Positions 19,551 through 28,023 of a stretch of 64,000 nt of DNA are shown here, one piece after another. The stretch comes from an uncultured Candidatus Rokubacteria bacterium (GTDB taxonomy: Bacteria > Methylomirabilota > Methylomirabilia > Rokubacteriales > CSP1-6): the NCBI GenBank assembly GCA_963771355.1, contig CAVYTA010000006.1, positions 1,984,001 through 2,048,000 of the forward strand, written 5' to 3'. The notes beneath the pieces are model-generated. The model had not been told where the DNA came from. It saw only the letters and a list, made by a program, of their open reading frames with translations, and did not search any database. Numbering within the stretch: the stretch's first letter is position 1; every line of letters begins with the position of its first letter. The translations under genes and the position numbers were made by a program.

Positions 19551-20747
19551 CTAGCCTTTCGGGAGGCCGAGCACACGCTCGCCGATGATGTTCTTCTGGA
19601 TCTCGGTGGTCCCGCCCTCGATCGAGTTGGCGCGGGAGCGAAGGAAGCCGTACTGCCAGAGCCCGTTCTCCACCGCCCACCGGCTGCCGCTCATGAGCTG
19701 CGCGTAGGGGCCCTGCAGCTCCATGGCCATCTCCTGCAGCCGCTGATGGCCCTCCACCCACATCATCTTGCCGGTGGAGGCCTCCGGCCCGGGCAGCTCG
19801 CCCTTGAGGAGCTTGGTGATGGCGCGAGCGCCGGTGTACTTGAACACCTCGGTGTCGATCCACATCTGCGCCAGCTTCTGCCGCATGACCGGATCCCGGC
19901 TGGCGGGCACGCCGTTCTTGGTGGAGCGGCGCGCGAGGTCCACCAGCCCGTCGAGCGCGATGCGCAGCCGCACCTGGAGCCCGAAGCCCAGGGCCAGGCG
20001 CTCGTACATGAGCGTGGTGAGGCCCACCCCCCAGCCGTTGTTGAGCCCGCCCAGGATCTGCGACTCGTGCACGCGCACGTTGTCGAAGTACACCTCGTTG
20101 AACTCGTCGTCCCCGGTGATCTGCTTGAGCGGCTTCACGGTGACGCCGGGTGCGTGCATGTCGAGGAGGAAGTAGGTGATGCCCTTGTGCTTGGGGGCCT
20201 GAGGGTCGGTCCGGGCAAGCAGCATCATCCAATCGGCAATGTGTGCCAGCGAGGTCCACACCTTCTGGCCGTTGATCACGTAGTACTCGCCGTCCTTGAC
20301 CGCGCGCGTCTGGAGCGATGCCAGGTCGGAGCCCGAGTTGGGCTCGGAATAGCCCTGGCACCAGATCTCCTCGCAGGAGAGCATCTTGGGAGGATAGCGC
20401 TTCTTCTGCTCTTCGGTGCCGTACGCGTTGATGGTGGGCCCCGCCATGCCCACGGCGAGGATGTTCAGCACCGGCGGGGCCTTCGCCAGCGCCATCTCTT
20501 CCTGGAGGATCATCTCCTCCATGAAGGTCAGGCCGCGGCCGCCGGACTCCTTGGGCCACGTCAACCCCACGAACCCCGCCTCGTACATCTTCCGCTGCCA
20601 CTGGCGAAGAAAGTCGTAGGCCCCCTCCCGCGGCACGTCGCTGGCGGCCTGCACCTTGCTCGTCCAGTCGGCGGGAAGGTTCCGGGAAAGCCAGGACCGG
20701 ACCTCGTCCCGGAACGATTGCTGCTCGGGGGTCAACGTGAAATCCAT
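19551..20747 (-). CDS. Acyl-CoA dehydrogenase, catalytic subunit type
   Basis: WCQGYSEPNSGSDLA, NGQKVWTS, FNEVYFD, IEGGTTEIQKNII. Confidence 0.94.
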   Translation of the reverse strand: MDFTLTPEQQSFRDEVRSWLSRNLPADWTSKVQAASDVPREGAYDFLRQWQRKMYEAGFVGLTWPKESGGRGLTFMEEMILQEEMALAKAPPVLNILAVGMAGPTINAYGTEEQKKRYPPKMLSCEEIWCQGYSEPNSGSDLASLQTRAVKDGEYYVINGQKVWTSLAHIADWMMLLARTDPQAPKHKGITYFLLDMHAPGVTVKPLKQITGDDEFNEVYFDNVRVHESQILGGLNNGWGVGLTTLMYERLALGFGLQVRLRIALDGLVDLARRSTKNGVPASRDPVMRQKLAQMWIDTEVFKYTGARAITKLLKGELPGPEASTGKMMWVEGHQRLQEMAMELQGPYAQLMSGSRWAVENGLWQYGFLRSRANSIEGGTTEIQKNIIGERVLGLPKG

Positions 20748-20791
20748 ACTCCCTCCTGCAACGGCGAGGTTGGGGGGCGCTCAGGACTGAC

Positions 20792-20840
20792 TGAACGACC
20801 GTTCATTGCCATGATACGGGCCCCCCTCAGACAGTGTCAA
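20792..20840 (-). promoter_or_regulatory. Sigma70-type promoter of the acyl-CoA dehydrogenase run with overlapping palindromic operator
   Basis: Minus strand TTGACA (20840-20835) N18 TATCAT (20816-20811); TGAACG-AC-CGTTCA at 20792-20805. Confidence 0.65.
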
Positions 20841-20874
20841 GGGTAAGCGAGGTCTTGTATACTGACCCGCGGCC

Positions 20875-22104
20875 ATGAGGCTCGCGATCTCGCTCCCCCG
20901 TCTCCGCTCCCACCTCGAGGCCCTCTCTCAGTTCGGCCGGAACCCGGCAGGCCAGGGCATCACCCGCTCCTGCTGGAGCCCTCCCTACGAAGAGGCGCGC
21001 GCCTGGCTCATCGCGCGGATGAAGGACGCGGGGTTGACGACCTGGGTGGACGAGGCGGGCAATACCTTCGGGCGGCTCGGCGAGGGCGCCCCCACGGTGA
21101 TGACGGGCTCCCATATCGATACCGTGCCCCAGGGCGGCTCCCTGGACGGCGCCCTCGGCGTGCTGGCGGGTCTCGAGTGCCTGCACACCCTGCGGGAGTC
21201 CAATGTCCGCACGCGCCGGCCTCTCACCGTGGCCGCCTGGAGCGACGAGGAGGGGCGCTACGCCTCGCTGTTCGGCTCGAAGGCCTTCACCGGCAAGCTC
21301 GACACCCGCCAGATCCCCCACTTCCGCTCCGCCGACGGGGAAGCCCTGGTGGACGCGATGGCGCGCGCGGGCTTCGATCCGCTGGAGGCGCCCAAGGCCA
21401 AGTGCGACCCGAAGACCCTGGCCGCCTACGTGGAGCTGCACATCGAGCAGGGACCGCACCTCGAGGCCGCGCGCCTCCCCATCGGCTCGGTGGAGGGGAT
21501 CGTGGGCAATCGGCGCGCCTGGGTCACCTTCATCGGCCAGGCCGACCACGCGGGCACCACGCCCATGGAGTGGCGCAAGGACGCCTTCCTCGGGGCCGCC
21601 GAGTACGCCCTGGCCGCGCGCGAGCTGGTGGTGAAGCGGGGCGGCGGGAAGAGCGTGACCAACTTCGGCCGCATCGAGATCGCCCCCGGTGTGTCGAACA
21701 TCGTCCCCGCACGCGCCACCCTGCTCCACGAGATGCGCTCGCTCGACGGCCGGACCCTCGCGCGCCTGGACCGGCAGTGCCGCGACCTGGCGCGCGCGGT
21801 GGCCAAGCGGCGCGGGCTTCGCGTGAAGGTGGAGACCATCTCGCAGAGCCCGCCCGTGCACTGCTCCCGGCGCGTGATGAAGGCGGTGGAGGCGGCCTGC
21901 GCGGAGCTCGGGCTCAAGTACCGGCGCATGCCTTCCGGCGCGGGCCACGATGCCCAGAACCTGGCCTCCGTCACCGACTCCGGCATGCTCTTCATCCCGT
22001 CCCGCGGCGGACGCAGTCACCGTCCCGACGAGACCAGCGACTGGAAGGCCATCGAGCGCGGCGGGAACGTGCTCCTCCATACCCTCCTGCAGCTCGCCGG
22101 CTGA
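20875..22104 (+). CDS. M20 family Zn amidohydrolase (N-carbamoyl-amino acid/allantoate amidohydrolase type)
   Basis: GSHIDTV, DGALGV, DEEGR, ELHIEQG, HAGTTPM, SGAGHDA, GRSH. Confidence 0.92.
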   Translation: MRLAISLPRLRSHLEALSQFGRNPAGQGITRSCWSPPYEEARAWLIARMKDAGLTTWVDEAGNTFGRLGEGAPTVMTGSHIDTVPQGGSLDGALGVLAGLECLHTLRESNVRTRRPLTVAAWSDEEGRYASLFGSKAFTGKLDTRQIPHFRSADGEALVDAMARAGFDPLEAPKAKCDPKTLAAYVELHIEQGPHLEAARLPIGSVEGIVGNRRAWVTFIGQADHAGTTPMEWRKDAFLGAAEYALAARELVVKRGGGKSVTNFGRIEIAPGVSNIVPARATLLHEMRSLDGRTLARLDRQCRDLARAVAKRRGLRVKVETISQSPPVHCSRRVMKAVEAACAELGLKYRRMPSGAGHDAQNLASVTDSGMLFIPSRGGRSHRPDETSDWKAIERGGNVLLHTLLQLAG

Positions 22105-22135
22105 CGCGGGCGCGCGGCCGCCAACTACCCTCGAC

Positions 22136-22348
22136 GGCGTCACCGTCTCCTACTTCGAGTGGGTGCAGAACGTCCAGCAGTTCACGTGGGAAGAGGACAA
22201 GGTCAACGCCGAGCTGCATCGGCACTTGCGCGAGGCCTATGCCACCATCGCGCGGGTCGCCCGCGAGCATCGCGTGCCCTTCCGCACCGCGGCCTTTATC
22301 GTGGCGATTGGACGGGTCGGTCGTGCGACCGTCCTCCGGGGAGTCTAG
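22136..22348 (+). pseudogene. 3' fragment of a Glu/Leu/Phe/Val (glutamate) dehydrogenase
   Basis: GVTVSYFEWVQN...WEEDKVNAEL...RTAAF...RGV stop; about 70 codons, no start or N-terminal domains. Confidence 0.85.
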
Positions 22349-22352
22349 AACG

Positions 22353-22871
22353 ATGGATTTCGTCGACGCGGTCACCACGCATCTCTGCCGAACCCTCACC
22401 CGGGTGGAGGCGGAACGGCTGCTCGCGGGCACCGAGCTGCTCTCCACGGACGCCGGGTCGACGGTGATCCGCGAAGGCACCGTCAGCGAGGGGATCTACT
22501 TCCTCTTCGAGGGCAAGGTCGAGGTGAACCGGCGCCGGCACGACGGAGAGACCACCCGCCTCGCGCTGGTCGACGCCCCGTCGCTGTTCGGCGAGCTGAG
22601 CCTGGTGGTAGGGGGGGCCAGCACCGCCACGGTGAGCGCGCTGACGGATTGCCGGCTGCGGCTCCTCCGCAAGAGCGACTTCCACGCGCGCCTCGCCGAG
22701 GGGGAACTCGCCGCCTACAAGCTGCTCGGCGCGGTGGCCGAAGTGCTCGCCCGCCGCGTCCTGCGCCTCAACGACACCATCCTCGAGCTCTCCGAGCGCG
22801 CGCACGCGGCCGCCCCGATGGAGGATCTGGCCCGTCTGCGCCAGAAGCTCTTCTCGGAGTGGTCCTTCTGA
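22353..22871 (+). CDS. Cyclic nucleotide-binding domain protein without an HTH
   Basis: VIREG, IYFLFEGKVEV, FGELSL, ATVSALTD. Confidence 0.85.
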   Translation: MDFVDAVTTHLCRTLTRVEAERLLAGTELLSTDAGSTVIREGTVSEGIYFLFEGKVEVNRRRHDGETTRLALVDAPSLFGELSLVVGGASTATVSALTDCRLRLLRKSDFHARLAEGELAAYKLLGAVAEVLARRVLRLNDTILELSERAHAAAPMEDLARLRQKLFSEWSF

Positions 22872-22897
22872 GCCGCGCCGCCGGGGACGGCGCCTCA

Positions 22898-22942
22898 TTG
22901 TGAAACATTCCACTTGGCAGCGGGGGACCGTTCGAGTACACT
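22898..22942 (+). promoter_or_regulatory. Oxidase operon promoter with abutting CRP/FNR- or Rex-like site
   Basis: TTGGCA (22914) N17 TACACT (22937); TTGTGAA-ACAT-TCCACTT at 22898-22915. Confidence 0.5.
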
Positions 22943-22981
22943 CCGGGCGGAACCGGAAATAACCTTACCCAAGAGGATGTT

Positions 22982-23275
22982 GTGTCCACGATATCGCATC
23001 TGCTGCTGGCACTCGCGCTGACCCTGTTTCTGGCTTTCCAGGGGGGCGCGCTCGTCTTCGTGCTGCGCTCGCGGCGTGCACTGCGGGCAGGACGCCGGCA
23101 GCGGCCCACGGAGCTCCTCTGGACCGTCATCCCCGTGATGCTCGTGCTGTTCCTCGCCGCCCGCAGCTGGGTGGCCGTCTTCGATCTGGGGCGGCCTGCG
23201 GTGGCGTCGGCCGTGATCACCGAGGTCCCGACGGCGGAGACGCCGGGCGCCCCGCCCCGCCAAGGGAGACCATGA
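22982..23275 (+). CDS. Small two-helix membrane protein resembling oxidase subunit II transmembrane domain
   Basis: AGAGGA RBS; two hydrophobic helices; TELLWTVIP; ATGA overlap with ctaC. Confidence 0.7.
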   Translation: MSTISHLLLALALTLFLAFQGGALVFVLRSRRALRAGRRQRPTELLWTVIPVMLVLFLAARSWVAVFDLGRPAVASAVITEVPTAETPGAPPRQGRP

Positions 23276-24294
23276 CCAAGCCACCGCGTCGCCTCGCCAT
23301 CTCCCTCCTGCTCCTGGGCGTGATCGCGCTGAGCGCCGGCTGCGGGGCGGTCGGCTGGGACTGGGATACGAAGATGTCCACGGTCATGCCCAAGTCGGAC
23401 TTCGGGCGCCTGACACACGACATCTTCATGCTGATCTCGTGGTGGACCCTCGGCATCTTCATCGTGGTGGAGCTCGGGATGCTCTACGTGTGCTGGCGCT
23501 TCCGCGACCGTCCGGGCGCGCCCGTTCCCAAGCAGGTCCACGGCCACACCGTGCTGGAGGTGGGCTGGACCATCGCCTTCGCCGCCCTTCTCGTGATCTT
23601 CGCGGTCCCCACCGTCCGCGTGATCTTCAAGACGCAGGAGGCGCCCGCCGCCACCGATCTCAAGGTGGACGTGGTCGGGCATCAGTGGTGGTGGGAGTTC
23701 CGCTATCCCGGCCAGAAGGTGGTCACCGCCAACGAGGCGCACCTCCCCGTGGGACAGACGGTGGCCTTCAACCTGCATGGGCCGGACGTGATCCATTCCT
23801 TCTGGGTGCCCCAGCTCGGCGGCAAGCGGGACGTGGTGCCCGGTCGCGTGAATCGGATCACCCTCACGCCCGAGGTGCCCGGCGAGTACATCGGCCAGTG
23901 CGCCGAGTATTGCGGCATCTCGCACGCCAACATGCGCTTCCGCGTGGTGGTCCACTCGAAGGGGGATTGGGAGAAGTGGGTGGCCGCCCAGCAGGCCCCT
24001 CCGGTGGAGCCCAAGGACGAGCTCGCCCAGAAGGGCAAGGAGATCTTCAGCCAGTCGGCGTGCATGGGTTGTCACAGCATCTCGGGGCTGTCCGCGGGCA
24101 TCCTGGGGCCGAACCTGACCCACTTCGGCAGCCGCAAGACCCTCGGCAGCGCCACCACGCTGAACACCCCCGAGAACCTGACGAAGTGGATCGAGGATCC
24201 AGCGCACCTGAAGCCCGGGGTACTGATGCCCAATCTCGGCATGCGCGATGAACAGTCCAAGGCGCTCGCCGCCTACCTCCTGAGCCTGAAGTAG
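23272..24294 (+). CDS. ctaC: Cytochrome c oxidase subunit II with fused cytochrome c (caa3 type), lipoprotein
   Basis: LSAGC lipobox, QWWWEF, DVIHSFW, CuA CAEYCGISHANM, CMGCH. Confidence 0.96.
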   Translation: MTKPPRRLAISLLLLGVIALSAGCGAVGWDWDTKMSTVMPKSDFGRLTHDIFMLISWWTLGIFIVVELGMLYVCWRFRDRPGAPVPKQVHGHTVLEVGWTIAFAALLVIFAVPTVRVIFKTQEAPAATDLKVDVVGHQWWWEFRYPGQKVVTANEAHLPVGQTVAFNLHGPDVIHSFWVPQLGGKRDVVPGRVNRITLTPEVPGEYIGQCAEYCGISHANMRFRVVVHSKGDWEKWVAAQQAPPVEPKDELAQKGKEIFSQSACMGCHSISGLSAGILGPNLTHFGSRKTLGSATTLNTPENLTKWIEDPAHLKPGVLMPNLGMRDEQSKALAAYLLSLK

Positions 24295-24302
24295 GGGATC
24301 CC

Positions 24303-26162
24303 ATGGCGACACACGCAGCGTTCATGCCCGGCGGCGTCAAGACGGAAGCGGCGTACACCGGCGTCTGGTCCTGGATCACCACCGTGGATCACAAGCGCAT
24401 CGGGATCCTGTACGGCGTCACCGCGTTCATCTTCTTCCTGCTGGGCGGCATCGAGGCCTTGATCATGCGCGCGCAGCTCGCGCGCCCGGACAGCAACCTG
24501 GTGAGCGCGCAGACGTTCAACGAGCTGTTCACCATGCACGGCACCACCATGATCTTCCTGGCGATCATGCCGCTCAGCGCCGCCTTCTTCAATTTCATGA
24601 TCCCGCTGCAGATCGGCGCCCGCGACGTGGCCTTCCCCCGGCTCAACGCCCTGTCGTACTGGATCTTCCTGTGCGGCGGCCTCTTCATCAACTCGAGCTT
24701 CCTCTTCGCGGCCGCGCCGGACGGGGGCTGGTTCGGCTACGCCACGCTCACCACGCGGCAGTTCTCCCCCGGCCACAGCATCGACTTCTGGATGCTGGGG
24801 CTGCAGATCCTCGGCATCGCGTCCATGCTCGCCGGCTTCAACTTCATCGTCACCATCATCAACATGCGCGCCCCCGGCATGACCCTGATGCGCATGCCGG
24901 TATTCATCTGGATGTCGCTGGTGGTGCAGTTCCTGGTGGTGCTCGCCTTCCCCGCCATCACGGTGGCGCTCATCCTCCTCATGTTCGACCGCTTCTTCGG
25001 CACCCTCTTCTTCGCGCCGGCCGCCGGCGCCGACCCCTTGCTGTGGCAGCACCTCTTCTGGATCTTCGGCCATCCCGAGGTGTACATCCTCATCCTGCCC
25101 GCCATGGGCATCGTGTCGGAGGTGCTGCCCACCTTCGCGCGCAAGCCGCTGTTCGGCGCGCCGGTCATCATCTACTCCGGCATCATGATCGGCTTCTTCG
25201 GCTTCGGGGTGTGGAGCCACCACATGTTCTCGGTGGGCATGGGGCCGGTGGCCGACGCCGCCTTCTCCATCGCCACCATGCTCATCGCGGTGCCCACCGG
25301 GGTGAAGATCCTCAACTGGATCAGCACGCTGTGGGGCGGCAGCATCCGGTTCACGAGCGCGCTCCTGTTCTCGCTGGGCTTCATCGCGATGTTCACCATG
25401 GGCGGGCTCAGCGGGGTCATGCACGCCTCGCCCCCGGTCGACCTCCAGCAGACCGATACCTACTTCGTGGTGGCCCACTTCCACTACGTGCTCTTCGGCG
25501 GGTCCATCTTCGGGCTCTTCTCCGGCATCTACTACTGGTGGCCGAAGATCACCGGGCGCCTCCTCGACGAGCGGCTGGGCAAGCTGCACTTCTGGCTCAT
25601 GATGATCGGCTTCAACCTGACCTTCTTCCCCCAGCACTATCTCGGCCTCATCGGGATGCCGCGGCGGATCTACACCTACGCGGGCGACCTGGGCTGGAAC
25701 TTCTGGAACATGGTGTCGAGCATCGGAGCGTTCATCATCGCGCTCTCGATCCTCGTGTTCATCGTCAACGTCTTCAAGACGCGCCGGTCGGGACAGGTGG
25801 CGGGACCGGACCCCTGGGACGCCCGCACGCTGGAGTGGGCCATCCCCTCCCCGCCTCCCATCTACAACTTCGCCGCCATCCCCACCGTGCACGGCCGGGA
25901 CGAGCTCTGGCTGCAGAAGCACGGCGACGGCCACGGCGGCGCCCCCACCCCCCGGCCCGCCACGCCCACCGCCCAGGACATCGCGGCCATCCACATGCCG
26001 CCGCCGTCCTACTGGCCCATCCTGCTCGCCCTCGCGCTGACCTTCATGCTCTCCGGCCTCCTGATCAGCACGTACCAGATCATCGCGGGCGGGCTGCTGG
26101 TGCTCTACTGCATGTTCAAGTTCGCGCTCGAGTATCACCGTCCCGCCCAGGAGGCCCACTAG
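24303..26162 (+). CDS. ctaD: Cytochrome c oxidase subunit I, A1 type
   Basis: DHKRIG, TMHG, FGHPEVY, VWSHHMF, VAHFHY, GMPRR. Confidence 0.97.
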   Translation: MATHAAFMPGGVKTEAAYTGVWSWITTVDHKRIGILYGVTAFIFFLLGGIEALIMRAQLARPDSNLVSAQTFNELFTMHGTTMIFLAIMPLSAAFFNFMIPLQIGARDVAFPRLNALSYWIFLCGGLFINSSFLFAAAPDGGWFGYATLTTRQFSPGHSIDFWMLGLQILGIASMLAGFNFIVTIINMRAPGMTLMRMPVFIWMSLVVQFLVVLAFPAITVALILLMFDRFFGTLFFAPAAGADPLLWQHLFWIFGHPEVYILILPAMGIVSEVLPTFARKPLFGAPVIIYSGIMIGFFGFGVWSHHMFSVGMGPVADAAFSIATMLIAVPTGVKILNWISTLWGGSIRFTSALLFSLGFIAMFTMGGLSGVMHASPPVDLQQTDTYFVVAHFHYVLFGGSIFGLFSGIYYWWPKITGRLLDERLGKLHFWLMMIGFNLTFFPQHYLGLIGMPRRIYTYAGDLGWNFWNMVSSIGAFIIALSILVFIVNVFKTRRSGQVAGPDPWDARTLEWAIPSPPPIYNFAAIPTVHGRDELWLQKHGDGHGGAPTPRPATPTAQDIAAIHMPPPSYWPILLALALTFMLSGLLISTYQIIAGGLLVLYCMFKFALEYHRPAQEAH

Positions 26163-26788
26163 TGGCCAGCCATAGCGACGCCCACGCCGCCGCCGGCGCG
26201 CACGCCGTCCACCACGACCCGAATATGGGCACCACCGGGCTCGACAACCGCAAGGTGGGGATGTGGATCTTCCTGGGGTCGGACTGCATGTTCTTCGGAT
26301 CGCTCATCGGGACGTACCTGTCTTACAAGGGCAAGAGCCTGGGCGGGCCCACCCCGCAGGACGTCTTCAACATCCCGCTCACCTCGGAGAGCGCGGCGGT
26401 GCTGCTGCTCTCCTCGCTCACCATGGTGCTCGCCCTCGCCGCCCTGGAGAAGAACGACCACAAGTGGACGGGGCGCTGGCTGCTCGCCACCGCGGTGCTC
26501 GGCGCGCACTTCGTGGGCAACCAGGTCTACGAGTTCTACACCTTCGCCGTCCACGACGGGCTCACGCTGAGCACCAACCTCTTCGGCTCCACCTTTTTCA
26601 CCCTCACCGGCTTCCACGGGGCCCACGTCACCGGGGGCGTGATCTGGCTGATGGGCCTGTGGTGGCAGCTCAAGCGGGGCCGGCTGGATAGTCGCGACTA
26701 CACCAAGGTCGAGATCGCGGGGCTTTACTGGCACTTCGTGGACATCGTCTGGATCGCGATCTTCACCATCATCTACCTCATCCCCTAG
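26162..26788 (+). CDS. ctaE: Cytochrome c oxidase subunit III
   Basis: GMWIFLGSD, TGFHGAHV, LYWHFVDIVW. Confidence 0.95.
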   Translation: MASHSDAHAAAGAHAVHHDPNMGTTGLDNRKVGMWIFLGSDCMFFGSLIGTYLSYKGKSLGGPTPQDVFNIPLTSESAAVLLLSSLTMVLALAALEKNDHKWTGRWLLATAVLGAHFVGNQVYEFYTFAVHDGLTLSTNLFGSTFFTLTGFHGAHVTGGVIWLMGLWWQLKRGRLDSRDYTKVEIAGLYWHFVDIVWIAIFTIIYLIP

Positions 26789-26798
26789 GAGCGCCGAC

Positions 26799-27155
26799 AT
26801 GGCCGATACACATGCCGTCGCGCAGCAGCCGAGCCACGGCGCCCAGGAACCGGCCCACAGCGGCGGGCACGCCACCGTCAAGACCTACGTCTTCGTGGCG
26901 ATCGTGCTCGGCCTCATCACCGCCATCGAGGTCGCGACGCTCTACATCCCCGGCATCCCCAACAGCCTCCTGGTGGCGAGCCTTCTCATCATGTCCGCGA
27001 TCAAGTTCGTCCTGGTGGTGGGCTTCTTCATGCATCTCCGGTACGACCACAACATCATGCGGAGCTTCTTCATCGGCCCGCTCATTCTCGCCATTTTGAT
27101 CATCCTCGCCCTCATGGCGCTGTTCAGCGCCTTCGTCCTGCTGCCGCGCCACTGA
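26799..27155 (+). CDS. ctaF: Cytochrome c oxidase subunit IV
   Basis: ITAIEV, KFVLVVGFFMHLRYD; AGGAG RBS. Confidence 0.9.
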   Translation: MADTHAVAQQPSHGAQEPAHSGGHATVKTYVFVAIVLGLITAIEVATLYIPGIPNSLLVASLLIMSAIKFVLVVGFFMHLRYDHNIMRSFFIGPLILAILIILALMALFSAFVLLPRH

Positions 27156-27156
27156 G

Positions 27157-28023
27157 ATGGCACACGCAGTGCCCGGGCCGGCGGGGCCACCGCCCCTCGG
27201 CCCCGGGGGATTCGACTGGACCGCCTGGAACGCCGACCCCGGCGTGGTCACCGGACTGGTGGCGCTGGGCGCCGTCTATGCGGGCGCGATTCTCCTGCGG
27301 CGCCGGATCGACCCGGAGGCGCCCGTGGAGCCCCACAAGGTGGCGGCCTTTGCGGGAGCACTGGTGGTGCTTTTCGTGGCGCTCACCGGGCCCGTCCACG
27401 ATCTCTCGGACTACTACCTCTTCAGCGCGCACATGGTGCAGCACATGCTGCTGGCGTTCGCGATGCCGCCGCTGCTGCTCCACGGCCTGCCGGGGTGGAT
27501 GGTCCGGCCGCTGCTGCGCGATCCTCGGGTGCGCGGGCTCGGCCGTCGGCTCACCCGCCCCTCGGGCGCCTTTGCCTGCTTCAACCTGGTGCTGGTGGCG
27601 TGGCACCTGCCGCCCCTCTATAACCTTGCCATGGAGCAGCATCCCGTCCACATCGTGGAGCACCTCATGATCATGGCCGCCGCGGTGATCCTCTGGTGGC
27701 CGCTACTCTCCCCCCTCCCGGAGCTGCCGCGCGCGCCCTACCCCGTGCAGATGCTCTACATCTTCGTGGTGGGCCTGCCCATGGTGGTGGTGGCGATCTT
27801 CATCAGCATGGCGGACGGCATTCTCTACCCGTACTATGCGGCGGCGCCGCGAGTCTGGGAGACGCTCACCCCGCGCGCCGACCAGCACCTGGGCGGGCTC
27901 ATCATGTGGATTCCCGGGGGGCTCGTGTTCCTCATCGCGCTGTCGGTGGTCTTCTTCCGCTGGCAGGTGGCGGGCGGCGGGGACGACGCGGTGGCCCCCG
28001 CCGAGGCGCGCCGTGGCGGCTAG
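27157..28023 (+). CDS. ctaG: caa3-type oxidase assembly protein
   Basis: LFSAHMVQH, WHLPPLY, DQHLGGLIMWIPG. Confidence 0.9.
   Translation: MAHAVPGPAGPPPLGPGGFDWTAWNADPGVVTGLVALGAVYAGAILLRRRIDPEAPVEPHKVAAFAGALVVLFVALTGPVHDLSDYYLFSAHMVQHMLLAFAMPPLLLHGLPGWMVRPLLRDPRVRGLGRRLTRPSGAFACFNLVLVAWHLPPLYNLAMEQHPVHIVEHLMIMAAAVILWWPLLSPLPELPRAPYPVQMLYIFVVGLPMVVVAIFISMADGILYPYYAAAPRVWETLTPRADQHLGGLIMWIPGGLVFLIALSVVFFRWQVAGGGDDAVAPAEARRGG

Noticed and set aside
21177..22871. 564-aa ORF ending in the cNMP domain
   Set aside because: Upstream part is off-frame over the M20 hydrolase and gdh fragment; the credible start is ATG 22353
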